Source of the DNA: an uncultured Pseudomonadales bacterium
GTDB lineage: Bacteria > Patescibacteriota > Microgenomatia > UBA1400 > PJMF01
Length of the DNA: 64,000 nt
Direction: 5' to 3'
Assembly: GCA_964648715.1 (NCBI GenBank)
Contig: CAZYNM010000001.1
Coordinates: 80,040-144,039, forward strand
Both the position numbers and the translations under genes were made by a program. Below, piece after piece: positions 27,855-37,533 of this stretch. The notes beneath the pieces are model-generated. The model saw only the letters and a program-made list of their open reading frames with translations. It was not told where the DNA came from and did no database searches. Position 1 is the stretch's first letter. Each line of letters opens with the position of its first letter.

Positions 27855-28939
27855 ACTTGTATAGTTTTTTTAAGTATTCTCTCAAGAATTTCTCCATGCT
27901 TTTTCCAGCTCCACTGTGTGCGTACATAGTGCACGGCTTCTTCACTCTGTTTTTGGCACTTTCTGCTATCAAGATACAGCTGCAGCGCTTGAGCAAGTTC
28001 TCTGGCATCTCTTTTAATATGACAGCCAGTTCTACCATTAATAAGAGTATGGTGATAACCACCCTCATCTACTGCTATGACTGGTGTTCCACACGCCTGT
28101 GATTCAAGAGCAACTAATCCAAATGGTTCATTATGTGATAAGCAAAGTGTCGCATAGGCACCCTGATAGAAGGTTCGTACTTCTGCATCAGTGTAGGGCA
28201 GTTGTGTATCGGCAAACTCTAAAGACTTGAGTGGAATTATCTGCCTAAGAATAGCACAGGCTTGGTTAAACAAAGGATAGCCGTGAACTTCATCACGTGC
28301 CCCTACCCACAAAAAATATGATCGATTATTTACCACTTCTGCCGGAAAGAAAGTATCTGGTGCCACACCAAGTGGTGCAGATATACAATCACGGTGATAG
28401 ATCCTCTCAACGGTATCACTAATATATTTACTGTTCGCCAGAAGTTGTGTTGCTGCGTTTACTGCAGCTTTATCACACATACGAATAATATATCGACGCA
28501 GTCTCTCATAGAATCTTGTCAGGAGTTTGGACGGATAGGGAAAGAGTTTAGTCTCGTAGACAATGCGTGGTGGCTCCTCAATAAAGTAGACTGTCGGTGT
28601 CTTAAGGAATAAAAGTAGTAGAGGTGCTTGTGTGTACATACATGGATGTACCAAACAAACGTCTGGTTTTTGCGCATCTATGGTGTGTGCAAGTGAATAG
28701 GACTGAATGGCAAGTCCTATATATCCAAGTTCAGTGAGCGGCCGTAAAAACCCTGAAAAATGAGGGAGGAAAAGTGAGTGTGATCGTATAGTGGCCCATG
28801 TTGCAGTGTCAAATCTGGTAGATACAGCAGAAGTATAGTGAATAAGTGTATGACCACGTCCATGCAAATATTTGCATTGCTCTGCAATCACACGTTTAGC
28901 TCCCCCCTCGGGCACGTTATCAAATACTGCTATCTTCAT
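27839..28939 (-). CDS. Glycosyltransferase family 4
   Basis: 366 aa. EPFGLVALESQACGTPVIAVDEGG, the GT4 E-x7-E region. Confidence 0.8.
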   Translation of the reverse strand: MKIAVFDNVPEGGAKRVIAEQCKYLHGRGHTLIHYTSAVSTRFDTATWATIRSHSLFLPHFSGFLRPLTELGYIGLAIQSYSLAHTIDAQKPDVCLVHPCMYTQAPLLLLFLKTPTVYFIEEPPRIVYETKLFPYPSKLLTRFYERLRRYIIRMCDKAAVNAATQLLANSKYISDTVERIYHRDCISAPLGVAPDTFFPAEVVNNRSYFLWVGARDEVHGYPLFNQACAILRQIIPLKSLEFADTQLPYTDAEVRTFYQGAYATLCLSHNEPFGLVALESQACGTPVIAVDEGGYHHTLINGRTGCHIKRDARELAQALQLYLDSRKCQKQSEEAVHYVRTQWSWKKHGEILERILKKTIQVCTKK

Positions 28940-28962
28940 ATCAGTAGTATACTTGACATACT

Positions 28963-29913
28963 ATGCAGCGAACAGCAGACCAAGTAACGGTCATTGTAAC
29001 GGTTTATAATGAGGAAGATACTGTAGACGCACTTATTCGCTCACTTAATGAGCAATCTCTGCTCCCCAGTGAAATTATTGTAATTGATGGGGGTTCTACT
29101 GATGCTACACTTACTGTGTTACAGTCTCTTCACAGTTCAGTTCCGCTCCGCATAGCTGTACGACGGGGAAATAGAAGCTGTGGCCGTAATTATGCGTGCC
29201 AATTGGCACGTACCAAGATGATAGCTTGTACTGATGCTGGCTGTATTCCCAATAGATTGTGGTTGAGCGAACTTATTGCAACACAGCATAATACAAATGC
29301 GGAAGTGGTTGCTGGATACTACACTCCAATTATCACGACACCATTCACTGAAGCTTCTGCTGCCTATACGCTTGTGATGCCAGATAGAGTTGACCCGGAA
29401 CATTTTCTGCCAGCAACGCGTTCAATGTTGTTTACAAAAGAAGCTTGGCAAAAAGCGGGGTGCTTTGATGAAAGACTCGATGATAATGAAGACTACGCTT
29501 TTGCTCATCAGCTGCTAAGGAAAAAAATAGGTCGAGCATTTACTCAAAGAGCTATAGTCTATTGGAATCCACGTACTACACTGTTTGGATTTACTTGGAT
29601 GATTGTGAGGTTTGCCCGAGGTGATATATACAGTGGCATTCTAAGACCTAAAGTTATCTTTCTGTTTAGCAGATTTCTGGTATTTGGTGGGCTGTTATTT
29701 TTCCTTGCACATACCTATACAGCATCAATCACACTATTTGTAGCTTCTCTGGTAATAGTTTTGTATACTGCTTGGGCAGTGGCCAAGAATGTCCGTTACT
29801 CTCCAAGAGGATGGTATTGGTTACCAGTCTTGCAATGCGTTAGCGATGGTGCAGTGGTTGTTGGTTCGGTATGGGGAGGAGTAAAACGAATCTCTGGAAA
29901 GCAAATCGTATAA
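28963..29913 (+). CDS. Glycosyltransferase family 2 with C-terminal TM segments
   Basis: 316 aa. VTVIVTVYNEEDTVDALIRSL, IIVIDGGSTDAT, DDNED. Three C-terminal TM helices. Confidence 0.75.
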   Translation: MQRTADQVTVIVTVYNEEDTVDALIRSLNEQSLLPSEIIVIDGGSTDATLTVLQSLHSSVPLRIAVRRGNRSCGRNYACQLARTKMIACTDAGCIPNRLWLSELIATQHNTNAEVVAGYYTPIITTPFTEASAAYTLVMPDRVDPEHFLPATRSMLFTKEAWQKAGCFDERLDDNEDYAFAHQLLRKKIGRAFTQRAIVYWNPRTTLFGFTWMIVRFARGDIYSGILRPKVIFLFSRFLVFGGLLFFLAHTYTASITLFVASLVIVLYTAWAVAKNVRYSPRGWYWLPVLQCVSDGAVVVGSVWGGVKRISGKQIV

Positions 29914-30937
29914 CACCGACTATACAAAATGATAGCACGCTGACAACAATAAGTTTTAGTACGTAATATACAAAAAGTGAGTATGTTACATGATGCATTG
30001 CTAATCCAAGATACGTCTCACTCAATTCAATAATGAGTGGATGAACTAGATACACTCCCAGTGTGAGCGGTGCAGCTCTTCTGATAACTCCGTTTATAAA
30101 GTTACTGTCTAATGTAGTAAAAGTCATAGTTATAGAACGTAAGAGATAGAAGGCTACAATTGAGAGTCCAAGCACTGGTACAGTGAATGGCTCCCAAAAA
30201 AAATTCCCCAGTTCTGGCGTCCAAAAAGTCATATTGCCTACAGCTGCTTGCTTAATATTGTATGCAGTTAATAGTGTAACTATTCCAGCAAAGCCAAAGA
30301 ATGCAACAGATGAAAATAACGTCTGTCTTCGTGTAACTGGTATGTTTGAAAGCAAGTAGCCCATGCAAAAGTAACTCAAAAATGGTAACCCAATAAAGAA
30401 AATCGTTGTTGAGTTATAGAGGGAAAACACTAAATATGATGTATGCTCATACAGTGTTGCAGCTGCTATCAAAACGATGGTTATTGTTAACAATAGCTGT
30501 TTTCTTGCTATCCACATAACAAGAGGAGCACACAAATATAAACACGCTGCAATGGCTAAGTAGTATAGGTGGCCGACATTAACGTACAGAACATCAAAGA
30601 GAAAAGCGGTGGCGTTGAAGACAGTGCCATGCTGGTAGTATTCCCACGCTTTATATACGCCATATGTAGTTACGAGTAAAAAAAGGAAGTAATTACTTTT
30701 TTTGAGTACATACCTAAACGAAACAAAATGTTTACGTGCCAATAGTGCTCCGGAAATCATGGCAAACAGTGGCACACTACATATGGCAACAGAGTGGATT
30801 GCTAACACCAACCACCACGATATACCACCAACATAATTTGTGAGTGAAGCAGTAACAGAGTCACAATGTATTGCTACTACGCCCACGGTTGAAAGAACGC
30901 GCACATAATCCAGGAATAAGTCTCGTTGTTGATGCAT
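29840..30937 (-). CDS. Acyltransferase family 3 (OafA-like) membrane protein
   Basis: 365 aa with 10+ TM helices. Acyltransferase-3 N-terminal signature (VVAIHCDSV...). Confidence 0.7.
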   Translation of the reverse strand: MHQQRDLFLDYVRVLSTVGVVAIHCDSVTASLTNYVGGISWWLVLAIHSVAICSVPLFAMISGALLARKHFVSFRYVLKKSNYFLFLLVTTYGVYKAWEYYQHGTVFNATAFLFDVLYVNVGHLYYLAIAACLYLCAPLVMWIARKQLLLTITIVLIAAATLYEHTSYLVFSLYNSTTIFFIGLPFLSYFCMGYLLSNIPVTRRQTLFSSVAFFGFAGIVTLLTAYNIKQAAVGNMTFWTPELGNFFWEPFTVPVLGLSIVAFYLLRSITMTFTTLDSNFINGVIRRAAPLTLGVYLVHPLIIELSETYLGLAMHHVTYSLFVYYVLKLIVVSVLSFCIVGVIRFAFQRFVLLLPIPNQQPLHHR

Positions 30938-30938
30938 A

Positions 30939-31238
30939 TTACTTTGAAATAAGTAAATAAAAAATAAGTTGAGTAACGATGACCCACACTACATGGTATA
31001 TGAGAAAATTAAATTTGTGTTTTACTTGGCGTATATACACTATACAAAAAAAGGCAAATGCTTGTGGAAGAGTGAGCCATAACAACATGATAAATGAAGC
31101 CAAAGTGCTGTTTGATATGTGACGCTGAATTGATTCAAAAACAAATTGAAAAACTGAATACGTATGTATTTTTGTTGCTAGTATTATCCCCAATACCAGC
31201 CATTCAATGAGGAAAATAGCAGCTGTTTTTTTGTACAT
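30939..31238 (-). CDS. Small hypothetical membrane protein
   Basis: 99 aa with 3 TM helices, adjacent to the acyltransferase gene. Could be coding or spurious. Confidence 0.35.
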   Translation of the reverse strand: MYKKTAAIFLIEWLVLGIILATKIHTYSVFQFVFESIQRHISNSTLASFIMLLWLTLPQAFAFFCIVYIRQVKHKFNFLIYHVVWVIVTQLIFYLLISK

Positions 31239-31245
31239 ATATTCA

Positions 31246-32787
31246 TTAAAGGCTCTGAGCCGTCAAGTAGTCAACTGGCGCATAGGCGTCTGTAAGTATA
31301 GCTGCATCTTTTGTAAATTGTGGTGGCAATGTCACCAGATGATCTTGTAATGTACGAATACGTTCGTCAGTATGGGTGAGTATTTGGGGGCTGGTAAAAT
31401 GTAACTCTCTTGGCTGCTTAAAACCAACAAATATAAAGTTCTGAACTGCAGTACTCTGTGCAGAATCAACAGCAATAATGAAGTTATCCGGAAATACACT
31501 TTGAAATGTTTTTATTTCGGAGGCAAGAAAAGAAGGTCTCGTGGTTTTTGTTGGCAGTGAACCAACAATATTAGCAATGAAGATACCTTGGTCAGATAGC
31601 CTTTCCTTAGTGAGTGCAAAAAATTCTTTTGTAGTCATATGAGCTGGTACAGATAAAAGAGAGAGATATGCATCGCTGAATATATAGTCGTAGGTAGTTG
31701 CTGAATTCATGAGGAACCTTCGTCCATCAGTGAGATGTGTGTGCATCCTTGGGTGTGGGGCAACTCCAAAGTATGTGTGTGAGAGCTCTTCAAGTCCTGG
31801 TTCTATCTCAACTACATCTACCTCAACTGTGGGATGTGTGGTTACTAGTTTGTAAGGAAGCGTATAAGAACCTCCACCTATGAAAAGGGCTTTCTTTAGT
31901 TGAGGAACAAAAAGAGAGTACAAGCGGTAATATTGGGTATATTCAAATACTAGTTCGCTGGAATGTGTGTAGGCTGCACCAGATTTGTTAGTATCTAGGA
32001 AGAGGACATGTGCTTCTTGGTCATGCTCTTGTGTTGTGAATACACTAATCAGCTGGTATACGCCCTCTTTCTGAAAGAGTAAGGCAGGATTGTGCTCAAA
32101 ACGACTAGCAGTCCAGCTAACAGAAAAAAGTACTACAAGTCCAGTTACCAACTTGATCGCATGTTTCATTTTAGTAAGCTCTGGTACCCCCAAAAATAAC
32201 GGTAGTGCCCCCAACACAATAAGAAGTATGGCTGTGCCAAAAACGACGCTATCAATAGTAAATGAAGGCAAAAGAAAAAAACCAGTACAAATGCTCCCCG
32301 CGATACTACCAAGTGTAGAAAAGAAAGATACTTTGCCAGAAATGGTCCCAATATTTGGTGTTTTGCTTGCTTGTGTGAGGAGTTTAAGTGCAAATGGCGA
32401 TATGCATCCCAGCAAGAAACCAGGTAACAAGAATAGCACTACCGATGCTAGTAGTGGGCCTTCTTGAATGCTAAGAGTATCGCCTACAACTGGTAACACT
32501 AGATAGCGCAACAGTTGCAAAATAAGCATACTGATGCCCCCAAGCATGATGAGCGTGTAAAAAAGAGGTAAGCCGGGATGCTTGTCAGAAAGTTTTCCCC
32601 CGTAATAGTATCCAAGACTTAATGCAGCCAGAAAAACACTAATGACACTGGTGGTTGTAAAAATAGTGCTTCCAAAGTAAGGCGCAAGCATCCGCATTCC
32701 AGTTACTTCGATGACAAGAGCACACGCTCCCGTGAGAAAAACACTGATGAGGACTTGCAGCTCAAGGGAACGATACTTTTTTAACAT
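31246..32787 (-). CDS. Fused polytopic membrane domain plus spermidine-synthase-like (aminopropyltransferase-fold) domain
   Basis: 513 aa. ~7 N-terminal TM helices. C-terminal ALFIGGGSYTLPYKLV...VEVDVVEIEP and YDYIFSDAY motifs of the spermine/spermidine synthase fold. Confidence 0.7.
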   Translation of the reverse strand: MLKKYRSLELQVLISVFLTGACALVIEVTGMRMLAPYFGSTIFTTTSVISVFLAALSLGYYYGGKLSDKHPGLPLFYTLIMLGGISMLILQLLRYLVLPVVGDTLSIQEGPLLASVVLFLLPGFLLGCISPFALKLLTQASKTPNIGTISGKVSFFSTLGSIAGSICTGFFLLPSFTIDSVVFGTAILLIVLGALPLFLGVPELTKMKHAIKLVTGLVVLFSVSWTASRFEHNPALLFQKEGVYQLISVFTTQEHDQEAHVLFLDTNKSGAAYTHSSELVFEYTQYYRLYSLFVPQLKKALFIGGGSYTLPYKLVTTHPTVEVDVVEIEPGLEELSHTYFGVAPHPRMHTHLTDGRRFLMNSATTYDYIFSDAYLSLLSVPAHMTTKEFFALTKERLSDQGIFIANIVGSLPTKTTRPSFLASEIKTFQSVFPDNFIIAVDSAQSTAVQNFIFVGFKQPRELHFTSPQILTHTDERIRTLQDHLVTLPPQFTKDAAILTDAYAPVDYLTAQSL

Positions 32788-33031
32788 ACAAAACGTGTAT
32801 AAAAACTTACTTCTGTGTATCCGATGATACTTGAAGCCAAGCGACTGTGCAAATGAAATTTGCTTATAGTCCTATAATATTATATAATATCACCCATTGG
32901 CTCTTTAACAACATGAAAGGGTAGTAATCTGTCGTTGTGACTACTGTGGGTTCGTACCTGTGTGTACGCAAACCCGCATCAGTCTTGTACGACGACAGAT
33001 CGTCTACCTTGTTCAACAAAAAGGATCAAGC

Positions 33032-33805
33032 ATGTTTACGTTACCTACACAAAAACCGTTCATGTCTTCAGATTTCAAAAGTGCCGCATGTCTGTTACGC
33101 TATGGAAAGTGCTGGTACCAACTGACCGAACCATGGCAAGATTTGGTATATCCGTATCTCCCAGTTCTCGATTTGGTGAGTGATGAAGTTTTTATTCGTT
33201 CCGGCGGAGCTGTACTTGTTAAACTTGCGCCACAAGCACACGCTGCTTCTGGCAAACTCGCTGAAGAGTTGCCGACAGATGTGGAGCTCGCAGCAATTGG
33301 TAGCGTAGCTGCAACAGCTATTCAATTATTCAAGTCAGGTGCACAAATACCTGAACTTGACCCTAGTAACCAGCTCAAGCTGTTTATGCAAACTGTTGGG
33401 ATGAATGTGTTTACCCAAGAGTTCCGACTCGCATTCAAGCCAGAAAAATACATCCAGTATCGTGAGAGCGAAATCAACGATCAGTTTTTTTTGGAGTCAA
33501 TTGTTCGCAACGGATGGTATGCACAGTTTTTTAACCACTGCTTCAGTGTTGATCCAGCACGCGCACTACTTGCCAGAAAACACTTGCCTTTGACTGTGTA
33601 TAAAGGCCGCATATTTTGGACGGTGGAGCGACTGACACGAGTTCTCTGGACATGGGATGATGCCTCACTGAGAAATCTTGCAACTGCCTGTGGCCTTGGT
33701 TTTGTAAATGCTGGAGTGCTTATGATGGAAATGAATTATCCATACATGGAACGCACACTGGTCTATCACATTACCAAGATCATGCCCCATGAGGGGGCGT
33801 GGTAA
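33032..33805 (+). CDS. Hypothetical protein
   Basis: Open frame with an AAAGGA SD-like element upstream of the Met at 33032. The longer track start is at 32960. No recognisable motifs. Confidence 0.45.
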   Translation: MFTLPTQKPFMSSDFKSAACLLRYGKCWYQLTEPWQDLVYPYLPVLDLVSDEVFIRSGGAVLVKLAPQAHAASGKLAEELPTDVELAAIGSVAATAIQLFKSGAQIPELDPSNQLKLFMQTVGMNVFTQEFRLAFKPEKYIQYRESEINDQFFLESIVRNGWYAQFFNHCFSVDPARALLARKHLPLTVYKGRIFWTVERLTRVLWTWDDASLRNLATACGLGFVNAGVLMMEMNYPYMERTLVYHITKIMPHEGAW

Positions 33806-33912
33806 GTCGTCCTTACTGAAAGTTGAGTAATCCCATGGGATTTGCTCAAGTAGACGAAAAGGCGATTACTCACATAGAGTAGTCGCCTTTTTTGTAACTT
33901 ACTTGCAAAAAA

Positions 33913-34911
33913 CTATGCATGACGATATTCTTGCAACACACGGACATACAAACGAATTGCTGTCTGCAAATCCTCTTTCTGTATCTTTTCATTTGGTGTA
34001 TGAGCATCAGCAATAGATCCGGGACCAAAGACAAAGCCGTTTTGGAAAAAAGTAAGCTCAGTGCAGTATTTGACCTGCTGGCCAACACCCAAAAACTTCA
34101 GTGATTGAGGTAGTGACGAGGCGACTGGTGGTAAGTTCTCTACTATTTTGATGATGGCTTGGCTTCCCACAAGTTGCTGTAGCTCAAGTGCATAATTGGT
34201 GGTATCTCCTGGTGCAATGCGAAGACTAATTACTGCTTCTGCACGATCAGGTATGACGTTTGTTGCAACACCACCTTTAATTGTTACCAAACTTAGGGAA
34301 GTTGCAGAGTTGACTTGCAGTTGTTTTGCAGGACCATTGAGCAGAGTGAGGAGCTTATCAATAGCATTTTCACCTAGAGCTGGCTCGCTACTATGTGCTG
34401 CTTTTCCAGTACAAACAAGTGAAAGAACAAGAATACCATAGTGTCTAGTGACCGGTCTCAGTTCAGTGGGTTCACCCACAATAACCAAAGCACCCAAATC
34501 GCGCATACAGGTCTGAATAGCAATTGCCCCAGCAAAATCAGTCTCTTCACCAATGGTAAAAAGTACTCCAAAGTTGGTTATACCTTGTGCTTTTGCTTCT
34601 TGTGCGGCAATGAGCATACTTGCTATAGAACCTTTGGTATCACATGCACCTCGACCGTATATACAATGCGCATCTTCATGAGCGGGAATGTGTGGTGGTA
34701 CTACATCCATATGTGCTTGCAGAATAATCTTGGGATTTCCCACTTTGGCAAATACATTAATGCGATCACCATTCACAGGCATACGATCAACTTCAAAACC
34801 TATTCTTTCAAGATAGTCTGCTAAGAACAGTCCTATTTGAGCCTCGCAGCCAGTAATGGAGGCTATGTCTATAAGCTTGGTGAGAAGACGAGCCGCAGTT
34901 GGTATTTTCAT
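33913..34911 (-). CDS. M20-family metallopeptidase (ArgE/DapE-like deacylase)
   Basis: 332 aa. ILQAHMDVVPP, RGACDTKGS, GEETD metal-binding motifs. Confidence 0.75.
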   Translation of the reverse strand: MKIPTAARLLTKLIDIASITGCEAQIGLFLADYLERIGFEVDRMPVNGDRINVFAKVGNPKIILQAHMDVVPPHIPAHEDAHCIYGRGACDTKGSIASMLIAAQEAKAQGITNFGVLFTIGEETDFAGAIAIQTCMRDLGALVIVGEPTELRPVTRHYGILVLSLVCTGKAAHSSEPALGENAIDKLLTLLNGPAKQLQVNSATSLSLVTIKGGVATNVIPDRAEAVISLRIAPGDTTNYALELQQLVGSQAIIKIVENLPPVASSLPQSLKFLGVGQQVKYCTELTFFQNGFVFGPGSIADAHTPNEKIQKEDLQTAIRLYVRVLQEYRHA

Positions 34912-34920
34912 AATTCCTCC

Positions 34921-35586
34921 TTAGTTCTTTTCATTTACGAAGAGAACACGCGCCTCATTCTCTGTATCTTTTAGCCCTGTTTGCAGACCAATAATTGCTC
35001 TCATTCCCATTTTTTCCAATATGTAGCGCATTGGTGAATCTTCATTTGTTCTTACCACAAATTGTTGATATCCTTTTTGTTTTCCAGAATCAACAATTTT
35101 GTTTGTTAAGTCTTTTCCAAACCCTAGACCCTGTAAGTTGGGTAGCACTCCTACCTCAGACACGTAATAGAAAAAACCAGTTTTAATAAGGAGCTCTGTA
35201 ACAAGTTGCTGCATCTCTTGAGTACGATACTTTTTGAGAGACAGTTCCTCTGGTGTCATCTTGAATCCCCACCCAAAACCAGATATACAACGTTGAACTT
35301 GTTCTAGCCACTGAACTTGTGCTAAAAAAATGCCGATAGCATCTGTTTTATTCAACTCTTGCGCAATGTACTGTGCGGTATCTACTAATGGATATGCTTC
35401 CAGATTAAAGGTCCCTCCACACGTACAGCCAGCTTCAAGGAGTGGTGATTTACTTGAGAATTGACTGCAACGATCACAGCGTGAAACTTCTTTCCATGGC
35501 TCTCCTGCAAATACCTCTGCATATGTTGAGGCTACTGCTGTATATTCTGTTGGAGTGATAGATGCTATTTCGTAGTTTTTTTTCAT
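34921..35586 (-). CDS. GNAT-family N-acetyltransferase with Cys-rich insert
   Basis: Start taken at the Met at 35586 (MKKNYEIASI). GNAT motif A VSEVGVLPNLQGLGFG. Insert CDRC...CTCGG. The track ORF extends to 35736 with an implausible N-terminus. Confidence 0.6.
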   Translation of the reverse strand: MKKNYEIASITPTEYTAVASTYAEVFAGEPWKEVSRCDRCSQFSSKSPLLEAGCTCGGTFNLEAYPLVDTAQYIAQELNKTDAIGIFLAQVQWLEQVQRCISGFGWGFKMTPEELSLKKYRTQEMQQLVTELLIKTGFFYYVSEVGVLPNLQGLGFGKDLTNKIVDSGKQKGYQQFVVRTNEDSPMRYILEKMGMRAIIGLQTGLKDTENEARVLFVNEKN

Positions 35587-35635
35587 ATTTTCTTTTTTGT
35601 TGTACAAAACACTCTGGAGGTGAGGGTACAAAAAA

Positions 35636-35660
35636 ACCCCTACTCGGGGCTGTGTAGAGT
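35636..35660 (-). terminator. Putative intrinsic terminator (minus strand)
   Basis: Minus-strand reading CCCCGAGTAGGGG followed by TTTTTTT, nested in a 12-bp inverted repeat ACAAAACACTCT/AGAGTGTTTTGT. Confidence 0.5.
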
Positions 35661-35908
35661 GTTTTGTAAAAAAATTTATTGGATACGAACCACAACCCCG
35701 ATAGTATGTGAGGTATGATGGATATGGTGAGAACAAAGTATCTTAAGCATTGTTACTTAGTATAACACAGGTTTGTTTTAGCTAATGGTTTACCCATTAT
35801 TGCTACCATTCTACTTTTATTTATAAGCGGGGTTGGTGCATATTACCCCCAACCCCAGCTGATGTATTACAGCAATCAAATGCAAGCATTTATTTGCAAA
35901 TAAAATAT

Positions 35909-36580
35909 CTACGGATAGCTTACCGTATCTACTAACGGTAAGAGTTTGTCAGTAGACTGACTCAAGTTTTTTGAAGTATCAGGACAAATTTTGTTACCAT
36001 CGTTTATAAAAGTCAAATAATATCGCTTTTTATCATAGACACTTGAATCAACTGCATGATAGAAAGAAAGTCTTCCACACTCTTTGGCAAATTCCATAGC
36101 TGAGCCATTCTTGGCTCTATAAGTGGGAATACCCTTTTGCATTATCTGCCATGGATCCAAAATATCATGAGCATATTTGTCAGCTGACAATATCACTAGA
36201 TTTTCTGAATTAGAAGAATCATAAAACCAACTTGAAACTTCTACTGGTTCACCATCGACATCAACAATTGCTTCCTGTTTAATAATTTTTCCGTTTTTAT
36301 ACCAAAACTCCTTTTCTGTAATTTTTTTATTGTACAGAAGAGGAATATCAAATCCAAAACTTTTAGATGAGTAATTTACTTCTTTTGAAGAGACGAGTAT
36401 CCCATGATTCTGGACTGTTTCGGAAATTCTATATGTTAGGTCTTTTTTGTCTAAATTTAACTGGTCTATTTGATTCTTTAATTTTAGGTATTGAAGTGAC
36501 AAAAATATAACAGCAACAACTAATATAGTGAAAGAGGTTTTTAAAACAAAATATGAACTACCTTTTGCAATTGATCTCAC
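35909..36580 (-). CDS. Hypothetical membrane-anchored protein
   Basis: 223 aa with an N-terminal TM helix. No motifs. Confidence 0.45.
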   Translation of the reverse strand: MRSIAKGSSYFVLKTSFTILVVAVIFLSLQYLKLKNQIDQLNLDKKDLTYRISETVQNHGILVSSKEVNYSSKSFGFDIPLLYNKKITEKEFWYKNGKIIKQEAIVDVDGEPVEVSSWFYDSSNSENLVILSADKYAHDILDPWQIMQKGIPTYRAKNGSAMEFAKECGRLSFYHAVDSSVYDKKRYYLTFINDGNKICPDTSKNLSQSTDKLLPLVDTVSYP

Positions 36581-36674
36581 GATACTTTCAGTATAATCGA
36601 CTGCAAATATAATTTCAATTAATATTCATACTATCGGGCAACTCTACCTAGGTCGGTTTGTCGGACAGTGCGGA

Positions 36675-36758
36675 AGGGGAGGGATTCGAACCCACGAGAC
36701 CGTTAAGGTCACGGTTTTCAAGACCGTTGCGATGGACCACTCTGCCACCCTTCCGTTT
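36675..36758 (-). tRNA. tRNA-Ser (anticodon TGA)
   Basis: Reverse complement GGAAGGGTGGCAGAGTGGTCCATCGCAACGGTCTTGAAAACCGTGACCTTAACGGTCTCGTGGGTTCGAATCCCTCCCCTTCCG. Near-collinear with E. coli tRNA-Ser(UGA). Long variable arm, anticodon loop CTTGAAA. Confidence 0.8.
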
Positions 36759-36796
36759 TATGCATTGCATATTGTACCATTTTTTATCGTTTCTGA

Positions 36797-37387
36797 ATGG
36801 TGTATAGTGGGTGTATGGCAGATACTCAATCACAATCGGTGCAGCAGCCTGAAACACAATCGCAGCCAGAGCAGGTTGTGGAACGTGATTATCAGAAGCC
36901 TCAACCAGAAGAAGAACTGCTTGAGTGGCGTGCACCAAGCAGAGTATTTAAAAAGCACAACCGACAGTTTTACACCACTGTCGGGATGATCGTGCTTTTA
37001 GTTGGCTTGATTCTCTTTTTTGCCGGACAAACGCTTCCTGTGGCTGTCATGATTGCTGTTGTCTTTTTTGTGTATATTCAGCACTCTATTCCTCCTAGCC
37101 TTATTACCTATAAGCTCACTACCTATGGTATTAGAATTGAAGGTGAGTTGTACTATTGGGAGGAAATGGGACGTTTCTGGTTTACCAAACAATATGGCCA
37201 GGATTTATTGCATATAGAGATAGCACGATTTCCTTTCCGCCTTCCTATTTTAACCGCAGATATCTCAAAAGATGATATGAGTGCGGTACTGTCTGAAATA
37301 CTGCTTAACGAAGTGCCGCCTCCTACAACATATGAAAAGATTGCCAACTGGTTGCACGAGAAAGTTCCTATTGATATTGAGTCCTAG
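36797..37387 (+). CDS. Hypothetical membrane protein
   Basis: 196 aa. Q/E/P-rich N-terminus then two TM helices. Start could be 36815. Confidence 0.5.
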   Translation: MVYSGCMADTQSQSVQQPETQSQPEQVVERDYQKPQPEEELLEWRAPSRVFKKHNRQFYTTVGMIVLLVGLILFFAGQTLPVAVMIAVVFFVYIQHSIPPSLITYKLTTYGIRIEGELYYWEEMGRFWFTKQYGQDLLHIEIARFPFRLPILTADISKDDMSAVLSEILLNEVPPPTTYEKIANWLHEKVPIDIES

Positions 37388-37447
37388 AGCTCATCTTACT
37401 ATCTCGCAGATAATTTGGTACAATACGGTTCTGGTTCCGTTCATGGC

Positions 37448-37519
37448 GCACCCATAGTTCAACGGATAGAATGAAGGATTGCGGATCCTTAGATCTAGGT
37501 TCGATTCCTAGTGGGTGCA
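37448..37519 (+). tRNA. tRNA-Arg (anticodon GCG) candidate
   Basis: GCACCCATAGTTCAACGGATAGAATGAAGGATTGCGGATCCTTAGATCTAGGTTCGATTCCTAGTGGGTGCA. 7-bp acceptor, anticodon stem AAGGA/TCCTT with loop TTGCGGA (G37), T-arm CTAGG-TTCGATT-CCTAG. No CCA. Confidence 0.7.
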
Positions 37520-37533
37520 CTGCGATATAACAT

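Noticed and set aside
32788-32960. AT-rich near-palindrome TATAATATTATATAATAT in the divergent intergenic region as a specific operator
   Set aside because: It is more simply explained as overlapping -10-like elements for two divergent promoters. No second copy was seen elsewhere.
36648-36938. 96-aa minus-strand ORF and 36732-36989 plus ORF
   Set aside because: Both overlap tRNA-Ser(TGA) (36675-36758). The plus-strand 36797-37387 ORF explains the coding signal.
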